DNA of 62,900 bases, the filler included, from Ministeria vibrans ATCC 50519 (taxonomy: Eukaryota > Protista > Filasterea), in NCBI GenBank assembly GCA_943704425.1. It is 3 parts of 3 records of this genome, joined end to end, with 100 filler letters (N's around TTAATTAATTAA, not from the genome) between each part and the next. Parts side by side here need not be neighbours in the genome. Positions count along the whole stretch, not along the records: positions 1 to 31,335 come from CALSCP010002350.1; positions 31,436 to 61,761 come from CALSCP010002040.1; 1 more part is not named here. The stretch is one strand, 5' to 3'. Each line of letters starts with the position of its first letter. The first letter of the stretch is position 1. The notes under the pieces were generated by a model. That model did not search any database, was not told the DNA's origin, and saw only the letters and a list, made by a program, of their open reading frames with translations. Positions 29,182 to 40,407 of the stretch are shown piece after piece. A program made the position numbers and the translations under genes.

Positions 29182-30162
29182 TTAGAAGTGAAGCGTGCCA
29201 TGGAAGTGGTTGCAGTCGAGGAGGGCATAGCCGTTGGTGTAGGTGCGGAGGAAGATATTCGGAGTAGTCTCATGGCACGTGTCAAGGGGTTCGCCCACGT
29301 CGAGAGAGCGGAAGAGCGGGTCGAGAGCGGGCGGGTCGTTGGAGCAGCCAATCCACCCGTGCCCAATGCGCCAGTGGTCGCCGCGCGCAATGAGAAATGA
29401 TGCGATGTTTTCCGTGACGTTGGTCGGGGACATGCGCATGAGAAGTGGTTTGGCGCGCAGTGTGGGATCGCACACGGTACGCATGTACGTCGCGCAGTTG
29501 TAGTCGCGCACGTAGTCGTAGGTGCCGTCACCCCATGCGCCCACGTACGCCTGCCAGTTGTACGCATTGTGCGCGCGCAGGGCGGCAATGAGCTTGTCGT
29601 ACGCACTGTTGTTGTCCCACACCAGCTGGTTCACCTGGGCCTGTGTCAACCCCATGGCCGCTGCCGCCTGCGGGTGTTCCTGCCCAAGTCCACTCACGTC
29701 GTCTGTAAACACACCGTCCACATTCTCATTCGCAACGCCTCCTGCACCCAGCGACACAGTGTTGATGAAGTAGTCGACCGCTGCCGGATTGGAAAAGTTC
29801 CAAAAGTACTAGCGTTTTTTTTGTGTGAGTGTGTGTTACTTCTCAACGGATGTGATTGGGGTAAATGGAAGGTACCTGGTCGCCCGGACCGACGGGTTCG
29901 TTGTAGATTTCACCCTTGTGGGTGCCGTTCTGGTAGAGCATAAAGTAATCCTTCTTCGCGGGATCGTACATGGCCGCACGTTCGCTTGAGAGCCACTCGA
30001 GCGCCAGTTCAAAGTTGCGATAGACAAACACGCGCGTCTTGGGGTTCTGCTCTTTGGTAAACTTCGCTTGCTCGAGAAGATACTCTTCGCAGCGCGTCTC
30101 GTTCTTTGGCACATTTCTAAATATCAAGAGACGGAACAAAGCGTGTGTGTCAAAAGATGTGT

Positions 30163-30203
<41 letters not shown>

Positions 30204-30242
30204 TATGCATAGCGAGAAAGAAAGTGAGAAATTTAGTGTGTG

Positions 30243-30326
<84 letters not shown>

Positions 30327-31156
30327 AAAAAATAGAAACATCATAGGAGTGAGAGAGAGGCACACACATAGTGAGGGAGGGAGCGAATAAAGCGATTGAG
30401 AAGAAAACAAAGGTAATAGTGAGGAAAACAAGCAAAGGAGATCAAGAGAGAATGGGTGAGGAGGGAACGGAGATGAGTCGAGTCAACGACAAGGACGTGT
30501 TAAGTTGTCGTACGTGCTCCAAATGTCCTTCATGTTGCTCCAGTCGTATGAGGTGAGTCCCCACTCACCGCCAACCTCGAAGAATCCCGTTTGATTGCAC
30601 GGCTGGACCACCGTCGACTCGCTCAGTCGGTAGGTGGCGGGCCACGTTGGCGGAGGGCAGGTGCCCAGCACAGCGCACGAGTTCAAACCGCGCACGGCCA
30701 ACGACGACGCAGCTGGCGCTTGCCATTCGGGCTCATCCACAGCGCAATACGGGAACTTGCACCAGCCCTTGTATGCTGTACACGGCGGTGCGGCATCGCT
30801 GAAGCGTGATGCCTTCAGCTGATCCGTGTCTATGGCACGACAAGTTCAAAAACATTGAACAAGTTCGTATCGGTCGTACGTTCGTCTCCGTTGCTCATAA
30901 TGGTCGCCGAGCGCTCGTCCACGTCCACACCAACAACAGTAAACATGTAATCTGTGTCAATGGGCGCGTCGCTCGCCCGTGCGAGCGGTGTCACACGGTA
31001 AAGATTTCCGGCAGGATTGGATTTTGTGGGCGGAATGGAGTTGAGCCGAGCAGCTTTACCAGAGTCACGTTGATACCACACGCCAGACAGATCATGGCAC
31101 GAAGGTGCCGCGAGTGCCGATGCGATGGTGCACAGAACAATCAATTTCGCGAACAT
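29182..31156 (-). CDS. Secreted putative glycoside hydrolase-like (TIM-barrel type) protein
   Basis: Signal peptide MFAKLIVLCTIASALA; WGLTSYDWSN; KEQNPKTRVFVYRN; YFWNFSNP; VDGVFTDD; C-terminal DVGEPL...RTYTNG...LDC. Confidence 0.6.
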
Positions 31157-31335
31157 ACAAAAATAAGAATGATGATAGTTAATTAACGGGAAAAATGCAA
31201 AGTGCACACCCTAAATGCAAAGTGCAACCTTTTCAAGAAATACATGCAAAAAGCACACACTGCGAATTCGTGTGCAACGAGAGCGCCAGCCTTCATGACA
31301 CCCAATTGCCCAAGCAGCCCTACACCAGGTGAGAC

Positions 31336-31435
31336 NNNNNNNNNNNNNNNNNNNNNNNNNNNNNNNNNNNNNNNNNNNNTTAATTAATTAANNNNNNNNN
31401 NNNNNNNNNNNNNNNNNNNNNNNNNNNNNNNNNNN
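31336..31435. other. Artificial contig spacer (Ns + TTAATTAATTAA + Ns)
   Basis: A six-frame-stop linker between N runs; the same linker occurs at ~61806. Confidence 0.9.
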
Positions 31436-31618
31436 TGGAGAGCTCCGAACCTTGTCGAATCTTGGCGAACCTTGAGCGGCGCTCGAATATTCGAGGTTCG
31501 GAAGATTCGAAGATTCGAAGATTCGAAGATTCGATTTACCAGGGCCTACTAATCATCCACTTTTCTTTATTCTCTTTCCACCAACTGTTAACTTGCACAG
31601 CCACCCATCCGCACAGCC

Positions 31619-32416
31619 ATGGCCGAAACAACCACCCAGAAAGCAGCAGTATGTGCGATATTTTTCTCCAATCTCTTTTCTCATCGTCCTCTCCTCTCCT
31701 CGCGCAGAAATTCGTCGCTGAGCGCATCAGAGACAAGCCCATCACTGAAGTTCCCGGTACGCTGCCTCTCTCATTGTCGTCCTTTGCTGCCAACAAACCT
31801 TTCGCGCATGTTCACGAACAAATCTGTTCGTCGCTCCTCTTTCGCCGGCACAGCGTCTACCCAGCTCGATCCCCCGCTTGCTCGCCCGCCTACCTCGGAA
31901 ACATGCAATGTTTCCTTCTATTGCCACATACTTTTTGTCGAATAAGCGTCTCTTGGTCATTTCCCCAAGTTTCAAAAATTCAAAAAAAAAAAAAAAAAAA
32001 CGAAACGAAACATGCACAAGCACCGCACGGCCACACACGAAGCGTCTAAGACCCTATCGAAAAACGAAACGAAACGAAACGAAACGCGACGAAAGTTTTT
32101 CCCCAAAACATTTTCCCTAAATATAACACACACTGTACATAGGCATTGGTCCGGCCATCGGAGAGAAACTCAAAGCAGAGGGCTACGAGAAGGCCTACCA
32201 CGTTCTTGGTGATTTCCTGATGCACAACAAAGACGTACGGTCGAAGTTGCGTGTGTTGGTTGGTGGGTTAGTACGCACTTTGCACTCACTCTCAATTCTT
32301 TTCTTCAGATCGACATGTTTGTGGCGACCCTGCGCGACAAGGCTTCCAACTGCTCCGACAAGAACGGAAGAGCTGCGGCAACCGCACTCGCTCAATGGTG
32401 CGAATACAACTTGTAA
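31619..32416 (+). CDS. BANF1: Barrier-to-autointegration factor, 4 exons
   Basis: MAETTTQKAA|KFVAERIRDKPITEVPG|IGPAIGEKLKAEGYEKAYHVLGDFLMHNKD|IDMF...ALAQWCEYNL* is colinear with animal BAF (TTSQKHRDFVAEPMGEKPV..LAGIG...GFDKAYVVLGQFL...EWC). Confidence 0.9.
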
Positions 32417-32481
32417 TAAACCAAAAAAAAAAAAATATTATTATAATACAAAAGAAAAGAAAAAAATAATGTTCACTGGTA

Positions 32482-33177
32482 TCAATCGTCAAACCCAACA
32501 AAATGGCGCTGGTCAGCATCAGATATGGGAAGTGGGTCGGCAACACGCTGCTGGTCGGTGTAAAAGTTGCCAGTGCTGCTCCCGGGGACAATGGGTGGTG
32601 GGTACTGTTGGTTCTGCACACGACTAAAAGAACAAGAGAGGTGAGAAATGCCATCCCACACTTATATATCTGAACAAAACAATGGTACCGAAAGTCAACG
32701 GTAGACATCCAAGGGTGAGACATGAGAGACGCAACGCCACTGTCGCCGCCCAGTCGTTTGGTCATGTTGGAGCGCAGTAGACCCTTGACAAACGACCGCG
32801 CCTGAAAGAAAAACACACAAAGAGTGAGTCACTCTCCCACATTATAAACATCGTATCTCGTTGTGTGGGCGCGTACAGAAGAGGAAAAGGCAGTCGAGTA
32901 GGTGGTTTTGCCCTTGTCAATGGCCAAGTAGACCTCCCAGTGGTTGCCATGGACACCGGCAGCAAAGGGCAAGTGCCCCGCTATCATCTCATAGACCATT
33001 ACTCCCAACGACCACAGGTCCACCCGTCGGTCGTGCGGCTCTCCTCGCACCATCTCTGGGCTCATGTAGTGTGGTGAGCCGCAGAACGACATCGTGCGCT
33101 CCCCAACAGGCACAATCTTGGCAAACCCAAAGTCACACACTTTCAAGTGTCCACGCGCGTCCAACAGTACATTTTCT

Positions 33178-33208
<31 letters not shown>

Positions 33209-34209
33209 CAGACATTAGTACAAGAGAGGTTAAAAAATACTCATATGAAACACAAATAATCGCGCACGCATACTCAAGTCACGCTAATCACACAAACATA
33301 AATAAATAATATTATATAATTAAAATATATTGCACATTCATACACACACACACACACATACCTGGCTTAAGGTCGCGGTAGATAATATCTTGATCGTGCA
33401 GGTAAGTAAGGGCAGCAATGAGTTCGGCCGCGTAAAATCGACTGGACGACTCACTAAAGCGCTGTGCGAGCCGAAGGTGCGTGAACAACTCTCCGCCTTG
33501 CACAAGCTCCATCACTAGAAACAATGATCGCGAGTCTTGAAACGCCGCAACACAGCTCGCAATGAATGGGCTCGAGCACATTCGCTGAATTCGACTCTGC
33601 AGCAAAAAAAAAAATAAAAAAAGTTGAGAAACACTCACACATACAAACACAACACACAATCAACGCATACCTCTGTGATCGCACGAGGAGCAAGCTTGTG
33701 CTTGAGCATGGTAATCTTGGCCATACGCTTGACGGCATAGCGCGTGTTGTTGCCCTTGTGCACGGAAGCAAACGTACTCGCCGTCAACCCCGTCCCCAAC
33801 AGCTTCCCCAAAATGAAGTCGTCCGGTGACGCATTCTCCAGCTTCGCAGCAACCTACAATTTTAGGAGAAACCCCCGAAACAAAATTAATCTAATTTATA
33901 CTGCATTATATAGACGTACCGCTGCGGGACTGATGGACTTGAGACAACGCGAAATGAAGAGATGAATCTGCGAGTGCAAACTCACAAGAAGATCGCCCAT
34001 GGACATTCGCGAGAGCTGCCGTACAGACGATAGCGCGTGATGGTTGCGCGCAAGAATCACATTTCCATACCGGTACGCTGTACCAGAAAAAAAAAACAGG
34101 CCAAAAAAAAAATATTAAGTTTAGATTATACATTATTATTATTAATAATCATAACAAAAATAATTATTATAATTATTATAATTAATAATAATAATATTTT
34201 ATTATTTAT

Positions 34210-34258
<49 letters not shown>

Positions 34259-36005
34259 GTTTTTTTTATAATTTTCTCTTACCTGCTGCTGCGTCGCAGA
34301 GACCGGAACGGGCCGAGTCCGACACCACAATGGTGAAGGGTTGCTCGAGACGCGAAAGAGCAGCGACAAAATCGTCCACAGCAAAGGCACCGTACGCAGT
34401 CGGCGTCATATTCAAATAGAGCACGCCGTCGTCGGCACGTTGCAATAGCGTCTCACCCGTATCTCCACTCGCCGCACACCCATCACCACCACTTCCACTG
34501 CCACCCGCTTCCCTAATGCCACCATCAATCGACGCGCTTGCACTGTTGTTGTGCACCAGTGATGACGACGACGATCGCTTTGGACGCGATATCGACGACA
34601 CACGTGACGGGGGTCGCTCCGTCGTGGGCGATCGGCGACTGGAGTCAAAAAGCGATGTCGAACTCCCGCCTCGCTGCATGTCACGCAGTGTCGGGTCAAT
34701 CAGCAGAAGTTCGTCCGGGATCGGCACGCGAACTCCTATAGGAAACAAAACAAACCAAGTTAAACCACTTTCCTTCAAACAAAATAAAAATAAGCTTCTT
34801 TTTTACCTCGATAAGAACGAGAGATGGATGTGGAGATGCGCGAGAAGAGCATAGGCAGTTTGTTCGTCTTGAGTCCGTCTTTGGCATGCTCGCTCAGCGT
34901 CGTAGGTGACTGTGACCGCAAACCCGGAATAACTGGGTTGAACAGCATGTAACCATCAGCCGGCTACACAAAAACAGTATTAAATAATAGAATATTGATT
35001 ATAATTTAATGCGTTGTTATTATAATTAAACAGTTCTCTCGCACACACACACACACACACAACATTGTTTCTTTCTCTCGCTTTAGCTCTCTCAATTCGC
35101 CTTACAATGTGAGATCCACTGGCGACGTAGTTGACGAGAAGGGCACAGCCTTCGCCAAAACCAGCAACAAAAAGCGGCAGATTCGGGTAGTCCTGTCGGA
35201 TGTGGGAAACAACAGTAGCAATGTCGCCCCACACTAGATAGCGTGTAGGCGCATCAAGACGCCGTCCGGCCGACAACCCCGTCCCACGCATGTCCATGGC
35301 GTATACACCATAGCCGACGGGCGGCTCGTCGCTTTTGACTCCTTCAACAAACTGCTGGGCAGTAAGACGAAACAGGTGCGTGCCGCCAATGAGAAGAACG
35401 TTCGCCGATCGCTCACAGCCCTTGGTCTGTTGTTCAGTCACTGCAAGTGAAATCCCATCGCTACTTTCCACATGGTAAACATTGCTCAGGGGTGTCGGCA
35501 CACTCTCGAGGGCCTGCAAAAAGGGTCGCAGATCCTCTACGCCCATTGCATTTGCAGCGCGTGACTGTGCCTCGGTCATGCTCGTGCCCTCCAAAGACGG
35601 AGTCGTCGGCTGCGACTCCGTCTCGTTCACGTCTTCCTCGTGTGCTCTTGGCACAGGGGTAAGCACGACATATGGATGAGCAAACTAAAAATGAAAAAAG
35701 TGAGTAATGACGACGTTGTGTGTTTTTATTACCTTTGCCACAAATTGAGCAATCAATGGCGCACCTGAAACAAGCAAAGACAAGTGTGTCTCATTCTTTT
35801 CGACATGGACAGTCACTTGCGCCACATTGTCCTTCCACAGCTTATGCATTCCCTACCAAAAAAAAACGGTTGTTTACACAACGCATTGATTTGAGAAATT
35901 TACCTGCACATTGACAAGCTCATCGTTCTCGCCCATCAACACAGTGCACGGGTAGGTCAAATGACGCAAGGCTACACGTAAGTCCGCCACCGCAAATGAC
36001 GCGAC
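32482..36005 (-). CDS. Tandem alpha/beta-hydrolase-fold domains fused to a PKA/PRKX-like AGC kinase; 5' end missing
   Basis: Hydrolase motifs PCTVLMGENDELV, AMDMRGTGLSAG and PNLPLFVAGFGEG continue by spliced exons into LGTGLTA, YAVK, MELVQGGELF, YRDLKPEN, CDFGFAK, FCGSPHYMSPE and the AGC tail ...HFVGFDD*. Confidence 0.75.
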
Positions 36006-36112
<107 letters not shown>

Positions 36113-36280
36113 GAGTGATAGAGAGAGAGAGAGAACAAAGTGAGAGAGAGAGAGATAGAGAGAGAGAAACAAAGTGATAGAGAGAGAGAAACAAAGTGAT
36201 AGAGAGAGAGAGAGAGAGAAACAAAGTGATAGAGAGAGAGAGAGAGAGAGAGAAACAAAGTGATAGAGAGAGACGCATAC

Positions 36281-37612
36281 CTTGTTGTCGAGCATGGCGC
36301 GGACCATCATCTCGACATAGCGCGGGTGGTAGTAGTCATCGTCATCAAATTGCACGACAATCTCTCCCGTTGCGTGCGCATTGAGCCAGTTGCGCTTCTC
36401 GCCAATGCTCAGTTTGGGGCCCGAATGGAACTCATACCACACACGCGGGTCTTTGTTGGTCGCAAGGTCGATGAGGTACGGGGATGGTGCAGAGTGGCGT
36501 GGCTGGTACTTATCACCATCGTCGATGAACAGCAGCTCCATCTCGCCCAGTTTGTGGTACGTCTGCGACAGCCATGTGCCGTACAGACGCGGGTGGATCG
36601 CATGCCGTTTGTTGTATGTCGGCGTGATCACACTCACCTTGGGCCACACCTTGCGGTCCTTTGCGTGTGCTTTGGTGTGATCCAGGAACTGCTTGAGCTG
36701 CGGATGGCGGATAAAGTCTTTGGGGAATCGCATCTTTTTCGGGTCGTAGTTGGGTGGAATGGGAGTGCGTCCACCGCCCAGACTCAGCGACGGCGCAACA
36801 CCCAGCTTCTCAAAGACAGCACGGCTTCCGTCGAGGCCCTGCGTCCAATGGCACGTTGTCGCGCGCCGCTTGGGCTGGTCAAACAGTGTGTTGCGCCAGC
36901 GTCCGCCACACTGCTCGTCCGTATTGCCGGCACAGCGCGCATTGCACTCGCTCTCCGGCCGAGGATCGTTCCAGTTGCCCCGGAAGTCTCCAACAAAGCA
37001 TTCCGTCCCACTCTACACACACAAAAAAAACAAAATCAAATGAGCAGAGTGTCAAAGGAAACAGGTTTTGACAAGTGACAGCGCAACTCATTACCTGAAC
37101 CGCAAACTGAGGATACGGCGCAATTTGCTGCGCGAGCGTGCCGCACAGCTCCAGTGACATGTCAGGACCACTGTCCATCATGGTGTGCAGCGATCGACGG
37201 CTCATTGAGTCCTCAAAACATCCTTTTGCAAAAAAGAAAAAAAAAATTTCAAACGTTTTTCTTTTGGCTTTTCCAATCGCCACTTATCAACTCTCTCTCT
37301 CTCACGCACACACCACATGTTCTGTTCCATCTGCAGTACTCAGACAGACGGATCATGCGACTGTCCACACAACATGAGTCTCCTCCAAATTGTGATTTTC
37401 ATCACATTTGTGTCTCTGTGTGTGCACATACCTCGATAGTTTCCGCCCAGCAGACACCCCGACGCAAAGGCGGAGTCATCAAAACACTGGACGAGGAAGC
37501 GTGGCTTCGTCTGGAAGACGAGATCGGAGAAGAACTCAGCAAATGTGGGACAGTGGAATTCAGCAGAGACGGACGCCACGGCAATCGCAGCGATCACAAC
37601 GAGCGAGCGCAT
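36281..37612 (-). CDS. Secretory-pathway WSC-domain plus GT2 glycosyltransferase; 3' end missing
   Basis: Signal peptide; WSC domain GCFED...MSLELC...FAVQ|SGTECFVG...ECNARCAGNTDEQCGG; GT2 PKVSVITPTYN, IDDG, IGEKRN, QFDDDDYY. Confidence 0.75.
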
Positions 37613-37703
37613 GAGTGTGTACGGATCAGAGATGGATAAATAATAATAATTAAAATTTAATAATGATTAAATTATTCAATTTTAGTGTACAACAGAACAG
37701 GTC

Positions 37704-39237
37704 TTAAAATTTACCAAAAGGACTGCGTTGCGGTGGCTGATGTGTCGACTGCGACGACTCTTCGCCAATGGCAAGGGTAGTGGGGCGCGCAGAGGGTAGG
37801 GGAGCAGTTGCCTCTTCGCCGTGCGCGCGTGTGGACGCACTAATAGCACTCTCCTCGCCAAGCGCCATGGAGGTCACCTGGGGCGCAGGACTGGCGGCTT
37901 CCTCACCAAGCGCCATGGAGGTCACCTGGGGCTCCTGCGCAGGACTGGCGGCTTCCTCACCAAGCGCCATGGAGGTCACCTGGGGCTCCTGCACAGGACT
38001 GGCGGCTTCCTCGCCAAGCGCCATGGAGGTCACCTGGGGCTCCTGCGCAGGACTGGCGGCTTCCTCGCCCATTGCAAGCGTGGTCGAGTGCCCAAACTGC
38101 ACCGGTACATTGTTTTTGCCAGCAGCAGCAGCTGATGCATCAGCTGCTACGGGAGCGGCAGTGGCGAACGAGGGTGGAGAAGGAGTAGCCGAGGCCTTTT
38201 CTTCATCGGGTTCGGGGGATTCAATGCGTGGCACTGCACGCGATGAGGCAATGGACGACTCCTCACCCAATGCCATGGTCGTCACGACGGGTCCTGTGCA
38301 AGTAGCGGGCGTGACGGGCACTGCCGTCTGAGGGGCAGTTCGAGTGGCGTTCGACGGGCTGCTTTTGCCCATGGCGACGCGCGTTTGTCCTGTTACTTGT
38401 GCTTGTTGTGCGGGTGTGGCAGATTCGCCAAAGGCATTGGTAGGTGTTGTTGTTGAGGGTACAGTCGGGGTGTAGATGGTCTCACCAAAGGCTTCGGTCG
38501 GGCCGGACGGGGTGGACTCGCCAAAGGCGACGGAAGGTGCAGAGGGATGGGTCGAGTAGAGCGACTCTTCGCCAAACGCCATGGTGCTTGGAGCGGGGGC
38601 AGCAACGCCGCCTTCTTCGCCGATTGCTAGCGTAGTCGTAGTCAGGCAGGGGGGTGGTGCGACAGGCGCAGACGGTTCGGGCTGTTGCGGCGGCCGTGTG
38701 ACCACTGGCGGCGTAGGACGCGACAGAGTCTCTTCGCCCTCCATCATTGTGGTGACAACGGCCCCTGTGGCCGGTACGGGTGCGCTGGCGATGGGCGTGC
38801 TCTCTTCGCCAAGCGCCATTGAAGTCACCACCCCGCTTGGCACCGCTGCCGACACACTCTCGGGAGGTGGCCGAGTCGACGGTGGGGGCAATGCGGTTGC
38901 TGCGACCCGTGAGCCATGCGCATCAACCGTCTACAAAGAGAGAAACGGGCAGTTGAAGGAGACGCAGTTTGACCCTCATAATACGACATGAAACGCACTT
39001 GCTGTGGAATGGGCACTGTCTCCTCGCCCGTGGCCTGCGCCCAGCCCCGATAAAGAACAATGTTAATACACATGCAATGGATCCTCCGCTGCGTACCATT
39101 GTGGTTGACACTCCTGTGAGACGTTCAGACTGGAAATGACCCCAAAAAGAAAAGAAAAACACAAGGTTACGACGCGCCAACGCGATAGTGAAGCATGCTA
39201 GGGATCGCTGGATGTTTTATTGCTAGGGTCTTACCAT
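37704..39237 (-). CDS. Multi-core TTxxxGEE repeat protein, plesiocin-type graspetide-precursor-like, 4 exons, ~432 aa
   Basis: Exons 39237-39235, 39129-39097, 39034-38999 and 38930-37704 join in frame with GT-AG introns. 13 [TS][TS]xxxGEE motifs lie in P/S/T/A-rich linkers, and the protein ends SPFGKF*. Confidence 0.75.
37853..38070 (-). repeat. Coding 54-bp tandem repeat (AASPAQEPQVTSMALGEE) x~4
   Basis: Units are near-identical at DNA level; the last is shortened. Confidence 0.9.
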
Positions 39238-39392
39238 AGCAAGAGAAGTGGGTGAAACTGTTTGATCATAAAATTCGGGTCGAATAACGGTCGATCATGA
39301 AATTGAATAAGACGAAGTCTTAGCATATCTCACAAGACACAAGTCACAAGTTTGAATTTTGAAATTATTGTTATTTTGAGTGATCTGTTGAT

Positions 39393-40335
39393 ATGAGCGA
39401 CTACGATCATGTCCAAGGGGGCTCGCTGCAGCTCAAGGGCGTTGGGCGCGTTGCCAAGACGTCCAAGAATAAGAAGAAGAAGAAGGCGCTTGCCGAGAGG
39501 GCCGCCGCGTCTGCCGAGTCGCCAGCGGCCACGTCGGCATCGTCGTCGACGGCTGGTGGGGCGGCGCAGCGAGTCGACAAGAGAACGGACGCAGAGAGAA
39601 AATTCGACGAATTGCAAAAGAAACGAGTACGATCGACACACGTCTCCACACGCCTCTGCGCATGTGTGTATGTGTATGTGTGTGTGTTGTGGGTGCCCTC
39701 GCGCTGGTTATCGTGGGCTGTAGTGTCGCATATGAGTTCCAAACGTCTCTTTGTCGTTTTTGTTCTCTCTACGTTTCCTCTTGAACGTCATTCTCACACG
39801 CGATACGCTTGCTCTCGTGTTTGGCGACTTCCCGACTCGCCTTGCATTTCTTATTGTATTTGTGTCGTCTGTTCTGTCATAATTATCAATTTTTCAACTG
39901 TTGTCACATTCTTATATAACATCTTATCAATTTTTCAACTGTTGTCACATCACTTACGCTCGTCTACACACCTGTAATGGTCTCTGATGTACCCACCTTC
40001 TTTCTCGCCTTGATTATTTATTGCAAAGGCGAAACAGACGCAAATAATGAACTTTGTGTCTGTGTGTGTGTTTGCCTTTAGGAAATTGAGCGGGTGATGA
40101 AAAAGGCTTCGATTCCTCACAAGCAGCGAGTGCAAGAGTACAATCGGTCGTTAGAGGCGCTCACTGAGCACAATGGTTGACCCATATCTCTGTCACAAAG
40201 AACAGAAGCGCAGTAAACGGGCGATAAAAAAAAAAAAAACACACACACACACAGAGAGACTAAAACCAAAACACACAAAACATCAAAACACACAAACCAT
40301 GCGTAGATATTCCAAAGGTTTCGTGGACGAAATAG
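39393..40335 (+). CDS. FAM32A: FAM32A-like spliceosomal protein
   Basis: MSDYDHVQGGSLQLKGV, DKRTDAERKF, KASIPHKQRVQEYNRSLEALTEHN|DIPKVSWTK*. Confidence 0.92.
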
Positions 40336-40407
40336 AAACCGGAGTTTGTCTGTTATGTAATAAGTGTACACTTTCAGTTTTACAAAAAAAAACACACAAC
40401 GAGAAGG

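Noticed and set aside
31380-31392. TTAATTAATTAA palindrome (also ~61806) as a biological site
   Set aside because: It is flanked by N runs on both sides and is an artificial six-frame-stop linker; adjacency across it is not evidence of linkage.
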